Source: an uncultured Actinomycetes bacterium (GTDB lineage Bacteria; Actinomycetota; Actinomycetes; S36-B12). Taken from it: a stretch of 64,000 bases of DNA. Below the pieces are notes generated by a model. It ran no database searches, was not told where the DNA came from, and saw only the letters and a list, made by a program, of their open reading frames with translations. Of this stretch, positions 1 through 9,830 are shown one piece after another (the stretch's first letter is position 1; the number at the start of each line of letters is the position of its first letter). Location: the NCBI GenBank assembly GCA_903832025.1, contig CAIKZY010000058.1, positions 3,527-67,526 of the forward strand, in the 5' to 3' direction. The translations under genes and the position numbers were made by a program.

Positions 1-1
1 C

Positions 2-1657
2 TGGCTATCGGGCTTTCGGCTGTACTTCGCCAATGACCAAATGTCCTACGCCGGAATTGCGGTAAACGTCGCGCACGGGCACAGTCCGCTGACAGAGCCC
101 TTCACACTCACTGGCGCTTCCTACTACCCCAGTGCCTGGTACACACTCTTGGGAATCTTCTCCCGACTCACGCACCTTCCCCCGTGGACAAGCTGGCAAG
201 TCTGCGGACTTGCCGTGGTGAGTGTGACCGTTGCCCTGCTCGGTGTTCTGGGGTGGCGAATGTCCAGGTACTGGTGGGCACCGGCCCTTCCGGGCATCGC
301 ACTGGGTACCGGCTGCCTGGCGCACTTCACCTCGGGCTACTGGTACGCCTCCCTGAACTCACATGCAGTGCTGTGGGGGCCGTTCGCCACGTTTTTTACC
401 TTGAACGCCGAGGTCATCGGAATGTGCGCATGCGCACTGGTACTTGCCGGCCTCGGGTGGGCAAGTACTGCCTACCCGAACATGACCACGACGCGAACGC
501 GGTGGATTCTGCTGCTGAGCGGGGTCGTCGCCGGCGCCATCTCCTCCGTGCAAACATACAGCTTCTTCACGGTTACGACACTGATCGCCGTCTGGGCTGC
601 CATCTATGGCATTACCCAGGCAAAGTCCAAGGCGCGGCTCACGATCACGCTTCTGCTCTTGGCGGGAGTGCTGCTCGTGGGTCCGATCGTGGGCAGCAAC
701 GTCAGTCAAATAGCTGTGTTCGCCATGCTGCTGCTTGCCTGTCTGCCCGGAGCCCTGTGGACGATTCGCAAGCACTGGTGGGCGGCACGCTGGTTTGGCC
801 TGGCCTACGCATTGGCGGCGAGCTTCCAGATCCTGCGCACGCTTGATGGATTGCTGCACCATGACCCATTCCTGCTGTATCGCCAGGCCTCAACGCAAGG
901 ACTGGGTGTGTCGATCTGGTCCGGGCTGCTGGCCGGATCACCGGTCATCGTGCTTGCAATCGCCACGCTCTTGGGACTGGTCCGACGGGGGGATACGGCC
1001 CTTGCCTCGCTGGTGAGCGCAGCTTTGGTTTCGTGGGTCATCCTCAGTCAAAACGACCACTGGGGCTTTTCGCAGGAGCCCTACCGACTGTGGATTGAAG
1101 GCCTCATCCAGGCCGCATTCCTTACCGCGGTGTTCCTGCCACGTGCACTACGTGCACGTGGCAGGGTGCCACGCTCATGGCTGACACCTGCCGTGGCCCT
1201 GGCCGGGGCAGCTCTTGTCATAGCGTCCTGGGCAGATATCCCTGGCTTCGCCGCGTATGCAAGTCAGCAAGGCGTCGTTGACACCCAGGCATCCCGATCC
1301 CTGGCACTGGCACGCGCCGCAGACCCAGTAAGTGCGCCTGGTCTCCTGGCAGCGGGAGCCTGCATCGATCCCAGGGAGCTCAAACTGGTGAGCGGCGGTC
1401 AAGTGGCCTTTGAGAACCTTGGGCTCGCCTGGGCAGCCGATCACATCGCAATCGAGAAGCTTGCCGCTGAGCATGACGCCGGGGTCCTGACGGCGGCCAC
1501 CCTGCGCGCCGCCGGCGTGCGATACCTCCTTACCGACTCAGCCTGCGCAGAACCGCACTTTGCCGCACGTGATCATGTCGTTCCAGACGTCGTGGTTGCC
1601 TACCGAACCGGGACACGTTCTGGAGTCATCACTCGTTGGTCGATAACCCCGCAGTGA
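2..1657 (+). CDS. Polytopic membrane protein, 5'-truncated by the window edge; paralog of the 760-aa and 752-aa GT-C-like proteins
   Basis: The reading frame is open from nt 2 into the listed ATG at 41 (WLSGFRLYFANDQ-MSYAGIAVNVAHG...), so the gene starts upstream of the window. It has many hydrophobic helices. Its loop motif (DQMSYAGIAVNVAHGHSPL...GASYYPSAWY) and C-terminal motif (GVRYLLTD...VVAY) align with 17174..19456 and 30650..32908. Confidence 0.7.
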   Translation, partial: WLSGFRLYFANDQMSYAGIAVNVAHGHSPLTEPFTLTGASYYPSAWYTLLGIFSRLTHLPPWTSWQVCGLAVVSVTVALLGVLGWRMSRYWWAPALPGIALGTGCLAHFTSGYWYASLNSHAVLWGPFATFFTLNAEVIGMCACALVLAGLGWASTAYPNMTTTRTRWILLLSGVVAGAISSVQTYSFFTVTTLIAVWAAIYGITQAKSKARLTITLLLLAGVLLVGPIVGSNVSQIAVFAMLLLACLPGALWTIRKHWWAARWFGLAYALAASFQILRTLDGLLHHDPFLLYRQASTQGLGVSIWSGLLAGSPVIVLAIATLLGLVRRGDTALASLVSAALVSWVILSQNDHWGFSQEPYRLWIEGLIQAAFLTAVFLPRALRARGRVPRSWLTPAVALAGAALVIASWADIPGFAAYASQQGVVDTQASRSLALARAADPVSAPGLLAAGACIDPRELKLVSGGQVAFENLGLAWAADHIAIEKLAAEHDAGVLTAATLRAAGVRYLLTDSACAEPHFAARDHVVPDVVVAYRTGTRSGVITRWSITPQ

Positions 1658-3056
1658 ATGAAGGCTGGCGCTCGCGCAGGAATCGTAGAAGCTGAACAAG
1701 GGCCGCCCCGAGCGAGAATGCTCCGGCGATGATGCCTGCCAGGGAGGCCATCAGCGTATTCCAGACCACTACCGAGCAGATACCGATGCAGATCAACATG
1801 GATAGCGAACTGAAGAGCACCAGTCGACTTCGATAGCGCGCCAGTGACACCAACGGAATGCATGCTGCCAGGAATGCAGCCTTATACGCCCAGCCAAAAC
1901 CAGCCAGCAGCACCGCGCTCAAGAACACCGCAGAGCACCCGGCCGCCAACATGGCTGGCCATACCCGAATCGCGATTGATGCGCCGAAACTTGCGCCCCA
2001 GACAAGTGCGGCCAGGGCACAGAGCCAGACCAGCAGATCCCCAGCGCCAAATCCTGAACCTGGCACGTGGGCACCCACCATGCGAGCAACGATGTCAACG
2101 CGGCCCAGTGCCACGACATCACCGATGTTCGCCATGGCCGAATTCGACTGAGCACTGAAGGTGAAGTTCTGCCAGGTTGCCAGGACATAACCGCCACTTG
2201 CAAGGATGAACGCCGCAAAGACGATCCACCCTCGCCTCAGTCGCAGCGATGGGACAAGCATCAGGCCCAGGGCGAATGGGTAGTACTTCCACGTTCCAAC
2301 CACCCAAATCGCGGCGGCTGCCAGTGTCCACATCCAGATCCGATTCCAGCGTCGACACCCGATGATGACAGCAACGGCAACCCACAGGACGACGGCGTCG
2401 ATGTTGCCACGCTCTAACAGCAGCAGCCAGGGTGCGCCAAGCGCCGTAGCAAGCAGAACAAATACTCCCGGGCCCTTGGTCATGCGCGCCAGCCACAGCA
2501 AGCACAGGCTTGACACGCACAGCATCACCAGCCCGAGTGCCTCAAGGTGCGCTGAGCTAAACGGGTGTCCGGGGAGTTTGGCCCACCACAGCACGCCGGG
2601 GCCATAGATCGCCGGCTGCGCAAGACAGCCATTGTGCTGCGCGAAGACATCGAAGCCGAATCGATGGCAATCCAGACTCTCCAGGACCAGGCTCAAGTCC
2701 CAAAAGCGCACTTGACCCTGCGGTACATGTGTGCCGTGATACACCCACGACGCCAGATTGCTATTCCCGGTTTGCAGGGCAAGCCAGGGGATGAAGGCAA
2801 GGGCGAACGATACGGCGCCGATGATCCAGGCAATCGCCGGAGCCACTGAAATCTCAAAACTCCGAAGAACGGCCGGGATGCCGAATGCAAGGACGAAGAC
2901 TGCGGCAGCCGTGGTGGCCGCTGGGACATAGAACTGCGCCGACGCATTGGCTGGATCAGCTGCGGTGCGCAGGACCTGAGTCTCGATCACCACCAGCAGG
3001 GCCAAAGTCAGGCTCAGGCCGATTACCTGGCCCCGAAATGCATTGAGTTGCCGCAC
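1629..3056 (-). CDS. Polytopic membrane protein (polymerase or GT-C-like, family unassigned)
   Basis: 475-aa ORF that is almost entirely hydrophobic helices (VIGLSLTLALLVVI, AAAVFVLAFGIPAVL, GVFVLLATALGAPWLLLL, LAAAAIWVVGTW). It has an RGNIDAVV loop and no soluble domain. The 3' end overlaps the convergent gene by 29 nt. The GTG start at 3056 is uncertain. Confidence 0.6.
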   Translation of the reverse strand: MRQLNAFRGQVIGLSLTLALLVVIETQVLRTAADPANASAQFYVPAATTAAAVFVLAFGIPAVLRSFEISVAPAIAWIIGAVSFALAFIPWLALQTGNSNLASWVYHGTHVPQGQVRFWDLSLVLESLDCHRFGFDVFAQHNGCLAQPAIYGPGVLWWAKLPGHPFSSAHLEALGLVMLCVSSLCLLWLARMTKGPGVFVLLATALGAPWLLLLERGNIDAVVLWVAVAVIIGCRRWNRIWMWTLAAAAIWVVGTWKYYPFALGLMLVPSLRLRRGWIVFAAFILASGGYVLATWQNFTFSAQSNSAMANIGDVVALGRVDIVARMVGAHVPGSGFGAGDLLVWLCALAALVWGASFGASIAIRVWPAMLAAGCSAVFLSAVLLAGFGWAYKAAFLAACIPLVSLARYRSRLVLFSSLSMLICIGICSVVVWNTLMASLAGIIAGAFSLGAALVQLLRFLRERQPSFTAGLSTNE

Positions 3057-3947
3057 CAGCGGATACTAACGCTCGTGAGTGCGCTGGTCTCTATCGTCGT
3101 GCCCGTCTTTAACGGAATGCCCCACCTGCCGGCCGCTGCGGAGTCACTCCTGGGCCAGGACTACGGCAACATCGAAATCATCTTCAGCGATGGCGGCTCA
3201 AGTGACTCATCGCGGGAATACCTTTTCGCCCTTTCCGATCCTCGCGTGCGCGTGGTTGATGGACCAGTCGGAGCATCGGCCAACTGGACATTTGCGACCA
3301 AGCAAGCCCGTGGGGCGTTCATCAAGCTGGTGTGCCAGGACGACGTGCTCAATGCAGACGCCGTTGGCAAGCAGGTGCAGGATCTGGAGCGGCACCCGAC
3401 AGCAGTGATGGCGATCGCCCAGCGAGACATTATCGATGCCCGCGGCAACGTGCTCTACCGACGTCGTGGACTTGCGGGGCTTCATGCACCCCTGTTATCC
3501 GGAGATGAAGTCATCCGGCGCTGCTATCTCGCCGGGACCAACGTGATCGGCGAGCCACTGGCGGTGCTCTTTCGCGCTGACGTCCTTGATTCCCGTCTTC
3601 CATGGGATGACAGCAATCCGCTGATGCTGGATCTGTCCATGTACGAGCGACTGGCTCCAGCCGGTGACATCGTCCTCCGACATGAATCAGTGGGCGGATT
3701 TCGCGTGAGTGCCAGTTCCTGGTCCACCCGTCTGGTCAAGGTACAACTTCAACAAACGAAGCAATGGCAGAGGCAATATGCCGACAGGCAGATCACCGCG
3801 CCGGGAATGGGTCAGCGTGCGATGGCCTTCGCAGGGCGGCATCGCCAAACCGCCCTGCGTCGAGTGGCTTACCGCGTGCTGCAAATGAAAGGCGCCTTTG
3901 AATCGAGCGAGGGCACCGGCAGCCTGCGCGCAGCAGGCCAGGACTGA
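3048..3947 (+). CDS. Glycosyltransferase family 2
   Basis: GT-A N-terminal signature VSIVVPVFNGMPHLPAAAESLLGQDYGNIEIIFSDGGSSD, with a CQDDV acidic motif. TTG 3048 gives the longest ORF. GTG 3075 (VSALVSIVVPVFN) is a plausible alternative and avoids overlap with the divergent gene. Confidence 0.85.
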   Translation: MPHQRILTLVSALVSIVVPVFNGMPHLPAAAESLLGQDYGNIEIIFSDGGSSDSSREYLFALSDPRVRVVDGPVGASANWTFATKQARGAFIKLVCQDDVLNADAVGKQVQDLERHPTAVMAIAQRDIIDARGNVLYRRRGLAGLHAPLLSGDEVIRRCYLAGTNVIGEPLAVLFRADVLDSRLPWDDSNPLMLDLSMYERLAPAGDIVLRHESVGGFRVSASSWSTRLVKVQLQQTKQWQRQYADRQITAPGMGQRAMAFAGRHRQTALRRVAYRVLQMKGAFESSEGTGSLRAAGQD

Positions 3948-3948
3948 C

Positions 3949-4839
3949 ATGACACGGTGGCTGGTCATTGGTGCCAACGGATTCCTGGGGCACAACGCTC
4001 TGCACGCATTGCCCGGGGAGGTACATGCGGCCACCAGAGGTGGCAGGCATGCGATCGCCCATGGCTCCACCATTGAGGTTGATCTGTGCAACCCACGTGC
4101 TGCTGCCGGTGCCATCGAGGCACTTCAGCCACAAGTCGTGCTGAACACTGCGGCACTGGCCAATCATGAGGAGTGCGAACTTCATCCGGAACTGGCGCAG
4201 CAAATCAACGCAACTGCTCCCGGCGTCCTTGCCGGAATCGCACACCAGATCGGTGCGCGATTCATTCACATCTCGACCGACGCTGTGTTCGACGGACGCA
4301 GCGGGAACTATCGAGAAACTGATGAGCCTGAGCCGTTCTCTGTATACGGGCAAACGAAACTGGCCGGTGAGCACGCCGTGTTGCAGTACGCCAGCGCACT
4401 GGTCGTCCGTACCAACTTCTTCGGTTGGAGCCCCGGTGGTCAACGCTCGATCTTGGAATTTTTCGTCAATAACTTGCGTGCTGGTATCGAAGTCAATGGA
4501 TACTCCGACTTCACGGTGACCTCGTTATACGTCGGTTACCTGCTCTCCGCGCTTGATCAGCTAGCACGGCAGGGTGCGACTGGCTTACTCCATGTGGCTT
4601 CGCGCGATCCGCTGACCAAGCTCGCCTTCGGCCAACAAGTTGCACACGAATTCGGCCTCAACGCCGAGCTCATCAGGCCGGCCAGTGCAGCAATCGGCGC
4701 TCACGCCACATCACGAGTGCTGAACTTGTCCTTGAATTGCGACTTGGCTGCTCAGACACTCGGTGAGCACCTCCCAACACAAGCACAGGGCATTGCGCAG
4801 GCACATCGTGATCAGCCACCACAGCCCACGACGCAATGA
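3949..4839 (+). CDS. NAD(P)-dependent sugar-nucleotide reductase/epimerase, RmlD-like
   Basis: Rossmann motif WLVIGANGFLGHN, STDAVFDG, and the catalytic motif SVYGQTKLAGE (YxxxK). ATG 3949 lies 1 nt after the upstream TGA. The longer ORF from 3898 would overlap the upstream gene. Confidence 0.8.
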   Translation: MTRWLVIGANGFLGHNALHALPGEVHAATRGGRHAIAHGSTIEVDLCNPRAAAGAIEALQPQVVLNTAALANHEECELHPELAQQINATAPGVLAGIAHQIGARFIHISTDAVFDGRSGNYRETDEPEPFSVYGQTKLAGEHAVLQYASALVVRTNFFGWSPGGQRSILEFFVNNLRAGIEVNGYSDFTVTSLYVGYLLSALDQLARQGATGLLHVASRDPLTKLAFGQQVAHEFGLNAELIRPASAAIGAHATSRVLNLSLNCDLAAQTLGEHLPTQAQGIAQAHRDQPPQPTTQ

Positions 4840-4883
4840 TGGAGCCGGGTCGATTCGCTCCTAGGATGAAAGCACCCAATCGC

Positions 4884-4889
4884 AAGGAG
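4884..4889 (+). promoter_or_regulatory. Ribosome-binding site (AAGGAG) for the NeuB-family gene
   Basis: AAGGAG followed by 5 nt (tagcc) and then GTG at 4895. Confidence 0.7.
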
Positions 4890-4894
4890 TAGCC

Positions 4895-5962
4895 GTGGCA
4901 GCCTTTCAGCTCGGAAATCGACGCATCGGTTCTGAGGAGCCGACGTACTTCATTGCAGATATCGCTGCCAATCACGACGGTAGTCTGGATCGCGCATGTG
5001 AGTTGATGACCCTGGCCAAGGCAGCCGGTGCCGACTGCGCCAAGTTTCAGCACTTCCGCGCACCGCACATCGTGTCGGACTACGGCTTCCGCTCGCTGGG
5101 GACGCAGCAGTCCCACCAGGCATCCTGGAGTAAATCGGTGTTCGAGGTCTACTCCGAGGCTTCCTTGCCATGGGAGTGGACCGCCTCACTGGCTGAGCAT
5201 GCTCACGCGATCGGCATTGAGTTCATGTCAGCACCATACGACTTGGAGGCAGTTGCGCACCTTGACCCATACGTCAATGCATTCAAGGTCGGTTCTGGCG
5301 ATGTGAACTGGCTCGAGGAACTGCACGTCATTGCAGAGCTCGGCAAGCCCGTTTTGCTGGCTACGGGAGCTGCTGGGATTGATGATGTCGATCGGGCGAT
5401 GGGAGTGCTGCAGGATGCTGGAGTTGACATCGTGCTCATGCAATGCAATACCAATTACACGGGCTCCTTGGAGAACGCCCATTTTGTGAATCTTCGTGTC
5501 CTGCAGCAGTACAGCCAGCGATTTCCCCACGTCACCCTCGGCCTGTCCGATCACACCCCCGCCCACGTGACCGTGCTTGGCGCTGTCGCGCTAGGTGCCC
5601 GGGTGGTGGAGAAACACTTCACGGACGACATCAAGCGCCCCGGGCCCGACCATGGCTTTTCGATGGATCCGATCACCTGGAAGGCAATGGTCGAGGATGT
5701 CCGACTCCTGGAGGCCGCGCTGGGAAGCGGTGACAAGAAAGTCGAGGACAATGAGGCCGAGACCGTAGTGCTCCAGCGTCGTTGCGTGCGCAGCGCGCGA
5801 GATCTTGCAGCCGGTACCGTGATTCGCAGGTCCGATGTCGAGGTACTGCGACCTGCCCCCATCGATGCAGTGCCTGCTCATGAAGTCACTGCAGTGATCG
5901 GCAGGACCGTGACGACGGCCTTGCCTGCTGGAGAGGCAATCAGGTGGACCGACCTGGCATAG
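4895..5962 (+). CDS. Nonulosonic acid synthase (NeuB/PseI/LegI family)
   Basis: FIADIAANHDGSLDRACELMTLAKAAGADCAKFQHF, LGLSDHT, and a C-terminal SAF-like domain (VIRRSDVEVLRPAP...GEAIRWTDL). Strong RBS upstream. Confidence 0.85.
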   Translation: MAAFQLGNRRIGSEEPTYFIADIAANHDGSLDRACELMTLAKAAGADCAKFQHFRAPHIVSDYGFRSLGTQQSHQASWSKSVFEVYSEASLPWEWTASLAEHAHAIGIEFMSAPYDLEAVAHLDPYVNAFKVGSGDVNWLEELHVIAELGKPVLLATGAAGIDDVDRAMGVLQDAGVDIVLMQCNTNYTGSLENAHFVNLRVLQQYSQRFPHVTLGLSDHTPAHVTVLGAVALGARVVEKHFTDDIKRPGPDHGFSMDPITWKAMVEDVRLLEAALGSGDKKVEDNEAETVVLQRRCVRSARDLAAGTVIRRSDVEVLRPAPIDAVPAHEVTAVIGRTVTTALPAGEAIRWTDLA

Positions 5963-6921
5963 GGCTCAACTGCTTCTATCTGTCGGAGACCGACGGCATC
6001 CATGACCAACGGTGGCTGAATGCGCTGCGAAGCGGTGGACTCGAACCCATGCACCTGAAGGTGCAGCAGGATGCCGCAGACATTCAGCGCGTCGTTGGTG
6101 TGATCAGTGCTGCTCCGCAGGTGCCGGTGTTCCTGGGACCGCTTCGCCCGATGTACGCGCCAATCGCCCGGGTGGGGAATCGCGTAGTGGGACTGTCCTG
6201 GGGCTATGACTTGGCTGAGCAGGGACGACACCTCGATGACGCCTCGTGGCTCTTGGCGCTTGACGCGGTGATTGTGGACTGCAACGCCAGCCGAGACTTG
6301 CTCTCGACGATCGGCATGAGCGAGCTCCAGATTCATCAAATGCCGTGGGGCATTGACCTTCGCGTGTTCGACCCGGACCGCTTCAGTCCACGATTGGCGT
6401 CGAGCATTCTGACGTTACGCGGTCACGAGTCGATGTATCACGTGACGGATGTCGTCCACGCATTCGCGCAAATCTCGAGCGAATTTCCCGGCACGCAACT
6501 GGTGATTGGAAACGATGGCTCGCAAACACAATCACTAAAGAGGCTCGTGCAAGACCTGGGTATGGCATCGCGCGTGGACTTCATCGGACGCGTGGACGAG
6601 GACGTGCTTCCATCATTGCTTGCGAACGCACGTGCCTACGTCACCGCAAGTGAGGTTGACGGAACTTCAGTCACTTTGCTTCAGGCCATGGCAATGCGGT
6701 GCCCAGTCATCGCATCCGACATCACCGGGAACCGCCAGTGGACACATGGCAATCGCGCCCTTTCCTTTCCCAGTGGGGATGTGCAGGGGTTAGCCCAATG
6801 CATGGCCGATGTGCTCACGGGACGGACCATGCCTGACATTGATGCCGCCCGCCAAGCAGTGCTCGCCGAAGCCGACTGGTTTGCGAACATCCGCCGGCTA
6901 CCACAGATCATCACCGGGTAA
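5944..6921 (+). CDS. Glycosyltransferase family 4 (GT-B)
   Basis: C-terminal GT-B motif VTASEVDGTSVTLLQAMAMRCPVIASDITGN. GGAGAGG lies 7 nt upstream of GTG 5944. The gene overlaps the upstream stop by 19 nt. The N-terminal half is atypical. Confidence 0.7.
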   Translation: MDRPGIGLNCFYLSETDGIHDQRWLNALRSGGLEPMHLKVQQDAADIQRVVGVISAAPQVPVFLGPLRPMYAPIARVGNRVVGLSWGYDLAEQGRHLDDASWLLALDAVIVDCNASRDLLSTIGMSELQIHQMPWGIDLRVFDPDRFSPRLASSILTLRGHESMYHVTDVVHAFAQISSEFPGTQLVIGNDGSQTQSLKRLVQDLGMASRVDFIGRVDEDVLPSLLANARAYVTASEVDGTSVTLLQAMAMRCPVIASDITGNRQWTHGNRALSFPSGDVQGLAQCMADVLTGRTMPDIDAARQAVLAEADWFANIRRLPQIITG

Positions 6922-6955
6922 CGCCAACTGCCGCGGTAGAAGGTACAACCAGAAG

Positions 6956-7702
6956 TCAGCGCACCCTCCGAAGGCCTGCGAAGGCGTGCGAGGGAATACG
7001 TGCGAGTGCTGATGCGGTGAACACATAGCCGGTTCCCCGTTTTGCTCCGGTTTCCCGTTCGGACGGTTGAGCTGGCACCCAGATCTGCACATCGGGAATA
7101 TCGGGGACGATGCCCGGTCCTATGACCACGTCTCCGTACTGGTCAAACCCGAAACCCTCATCACCGTCCACCTTGAAGTCATCGATGATGGCCATCCAGC
7201 AGCCACCCCAGGATTCGAGAGCCAGCAATTCAGACGTCGTGGGAATTTGATCGAGCCAATGCGCATCCAAGTAGGCCAGTACCGCGCTGTCCTGAGCAGG
7301 GATCCGCTGCAGCACATTGACGATCTGGCGCGCGGAATCACCCAGGACTAATTCAATCTGAAGTGCCGGGTGATTGTCCTCGAACCTCCGCCGCGCACGC
7401 GTTGCGAAGTGCTCTTCTATCTCGATGGTGTAGGTCGGCCCATCGGCAACACTGGCCAGGTACGGAGTGGATGACCCAAGGTAGGTTCCCGTCTCGATCA
7501 CGTGGGTGGGCGCAAATGCATCCGCAAGGGCGAAGATTGAGCTAATGCGCCGAGCTTGACCATTGAAGGGCTGAACCGACCAGTGGTCCATGTAGACAGC
7601 AGGCTCGATGTGATCGAGGATCACGGGCGAGAAATCACGGTTCAAGTAGAACTTGGGCGAGTGATCCCGAATCCACTCGTTGCCGAGTTTCCACATACTC
7701 AC
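6956..7702 (-). CDS. Class I SAM-dependent methyltransferase-like protein
   Basis: Motif-I-like VIETGTYLGSSTPYLA, then LVLGDSARQ and AYLDAHW. 248-aa soluble protein. The start is either GTG 7702 or ATG 7696. Confidence 0.55.
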   Translation of the reverse strand: MSMWKLGNEWIRDHSPKFYLNRDFSPVILDHIEPAVYMDHWSVQPFNGQARRISSIFALADAFAPTHVIETGTYLGSSTPYLASVADGPTYTIEIEEHFATRARRRFEDNHPALQIELVLGDSARQIVNVLQRIPAQDSAVLAYLDAHWLDQIPTTSELLALESWGGCWMAIIDDFKVDGDEGFGFDQYGDVVIGPGIVPDIPDVQIWVPAQPSERETGAKRGTGYVFTASALARIPSHAFAGLRRVR

Positions 7703-7784
7703 TTGCGACAGGATACCTGAGGGCCCTGCGCAGACCCGTCATTCAGTCGACTCACCTGCCTGGGGTCACCCTCCCACGTCATCG

Positions 7785-8819
7785 GTGTTCGGCATCTACA
7801 CTTCGGGTGTGGCGTCCGCAGATCCAGCACCGCTGAGTGTGAGTGTGGTCATCCCCGTCTATCGCGGGGAGGCAACCCTTCCCGCCCTGATCGCAGAACT
7901 CGCCGAACTGATCGATCCGCTGCTCACTCCCAATGGCCGTCGGTTTCGCATCGGTGAGGTCCTTTTAGTCTGGGACCGGGGCACAGCGGCCTCGCACGAC
8001 GTTATTCGAGAGTTGGCTGATCGCTACCCCTGGGTCAAGCCCATTTGGCTGTCACGCAACTTCGGTCAGCACGCGGCGACGCTTGCTGGCATGACCTCCA
8101 GTGGTGGTGACTGGATCGTGACCATGGATGAAGATGGTCAAATGGATCCGCAGTACGTGGGCGCGATGCTCGACCGTGCATATGCCAGCGGATCGCAACT
8201 GGTGTACGCGGCCCCCGACAGCCTTCCACACTCGTCGATGCGCAATACCGGCTCACGTCTGGCCAAATGGCTCTTCACCCGATTTCTGGCCGATCAACAG
8301 TTCGCCAAGTTCAACAGTTACCGCCTGGTCTTGGGGGAAGTGGGGCGAAGTGTTGCTGCATACACCGGAACTGGGGTGTATCTCGACGTCGCTTTGAGCT
8401 GGGTGGTCTCGGATTCCACGACCTGTCCGGTCCGCGGTCGTCAGGAAGGTCGACCTGCGGGCGGATACAACTACCGGCGCCTTGCCTCGCATTTCGGTCG
8501 CCTGGTGGTATCAAGCGGTACGCGACCACTGGTCTTTGTGTCCTGGCTCGGCATTGCATTCGTGGTTATCGGAGCACTGACCAGCATCTATGTGCTTTTC
8601 GAGCGAGTGACCGGAGGACTACCCGTCACGGGCTGGGCATCCTTGCTCGTGGCTGTGCTCGTGATCGGGGGGGCGATCCTGCTGAGTTTGGGAATCATCG
8701 CCCAGTACGTCGGAGCTTCGACGAATATGAGTCTGGGTAAGCCGCTGTACGTGATCGTTCGTGATCCAGCGCTCACGTTTGATCCTCACGTTGAGTCTTC
8801 CACTGACCCGACTGAGTGA
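7785..8819 (+). CDS. Polyprenyl-phosphate glycosyltransferase (GT2, ArnC/GtrB-like) with two C-terminal TM helices
   Basis: VSVVIPVYRGEATLPALIAEL, WLSRNFGQHAATLAG and TMDEDGQ. C-terminal helices LVFVSWLGIAFVVIGALTSIYVLF and WASLLVAVLVIGGAILLSLGIIAQYV. The start is uncertain: TTG 7680 overlaps the divergent gene, and in-frame GTGs occur at 7785, 7809 and 7839. Confidence 0.8.
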   Translation: MFGIYTSGVASADPAPLSVSVVIPVYRGEATLPALIAELAELIDPLLTPNGRRFRIGEVLLVWDRGTAASHDVIRELADRYPWVKPIWLSRNFGQHAATLAGMTSSGGDWIVTMDEDGQMDPQYVGAMLDRAYASGSQLVYAAPDSLPHSSMRNTGSRLAKWLFTRFLADQQFAKFNSYRLVLGEVGRSVAAYTGTGVYLDVALSWVVSDSTTCPVRGRQEGRPAGGYNYRRLASHFGRLVVSSGTRPLVFVSWLGIAFVVIGALTSIYVLFERVTGGLPVTGWASLLVAVLVIGGAILLSLGIIAQYVGASTNMSLGKPLYVIVRDPALTFDPHVESSTDPTE

Positions 8820-8825
8820 GTTCCT

Positions 8826-9755
8826 GTGCTGATTTGGATCGTCGGCAGGGGCGGACTCCTTGGTTCAGCTGTAGCGCGACGCATGGAGATGCGCCCTGAC
8901 ATCAGCGAATACCTGGCTTTGCCACTGCCGTGGAACGATCGCGAAGGTCTTGAGATGGCGTTTCAGGCAAGCGCTGCAGATTTTGCTCGGGCAGCCGCGC
9001 ATCAACCCTGGGCGATTGTCTGGGCAGCCGGGCACGCCTCCGTGTCCACACCGCACGCCGAGGCATTTGCCGAACTTGAGGCACTTGACCTGCTGGTTTC
9101 GGCCGTTACCGTGCACCGACCATCTGGTGTCGGGCGATTCTTCCTGAGCTCATCCGCTGGCGGGGTATTTGCCGGATCACACCATCCCCCGTTCACGCTC
9201 AACACCTCAGTGGCACCACTCAGTGCATACGGTGAACTCAAACTTGCCCAGGAGTCACTGGTGCGCACGCGTTTGGATGGTGTTTGCGAAGTGGATATCG
9301 GGCGACTGAGCAACCTGTACGGTCCCGGCCAAGATCTGGTCAAGCTGCAAGGCTTGATCTCGGCGCTGATCAAGGCGGTGATCACTCGGACGCCGATTAA
9401 CGTGTTTGTCTCGCTGGACACGCTACGCGACTATCTGTTCGTTGATGACGCAGCGGACGCCATTCTCGATATTTGCTTGCGACCTTCCTCGCCACTCCAC
9501 GCGGCCTGGGCAATGCATCTCCTGGCTTCGGGTCAACCTGTATCACTGGGGCATTTGATCAACCTTGTGCAGGACATCAGTCGGGCGAGGGTACCCCTGG
9601 CCCTTGGTGTGCATGCGAGCGCTGCAGGACAGTCCCGAGATCTGCGCATCATTCCCGCTCCGCTGGCCACCTATGCCACGACGAGCCTGCCGCAGGGAGT
9701 CAAGCTGGTGTACCTGGATCTTCTCCAACGATTGCAAGCCAACAGCTTGGCCTAG
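8826..9755 (+). CDS. NAD-dependent epimerase/dehydratase (extended SDR)
   Basis: IWIVGRGGLLGSAV glycine-rich motif and SAYGELKLAQE (YxxxK). The GTG start lies 6 nt after the upstream stop. Confidence 0.75.
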   Translation: MLIWIVGRGGLLGSAVARRMEMRPDISEYLALPLPWNDREGLEMAFQASAADFARAAAHQPWAIVWAAGHASVSTPHAEAFAELEALDLLVSAVTVHRPSGVGRFFLSSSAGGVFAGSHHPPFTLNTSVAPLSAYGELKLAQESLVRTRLDGVCEVDIGRLSNLYGPGQDLVKLQGLISALIKAVITRTPINVFVSLDTLRDYLFVDDAADAILDICLRPSSPLHAAWAMHLLASGQPVSLGHLINLVQDISRARVPLALGVHASAAGQSRDLRIIPAPLATYATTSLPQGVKLVYLDLLQRLQANSLA

Positions 9756-9830
9756 CCGTCTAGAGGTTCCTCAGGGGCTTTCCGCACGAGCGAAGGGCAG
9801 GCTCAGCGACCACCGAAGGCATTCATTCGG

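Noticed and set aside
8667-8673. G7 homopolymer tracts inside coding regions as possible phase-variation switches. They occur at 8667..8673 in the ArnC-like GT2, at 12476..12482 in the atypical SDR, and at 33003..33009 in the gmhA tail. A T7 tract occurs near 24955.
   Set aside because: Seven-base runs are expected by chance in GC-rich DNA. All three genes are currently in frame, and the gmhA tract affects only the last few codons. No longer tracts or multi-copy repeats were found.
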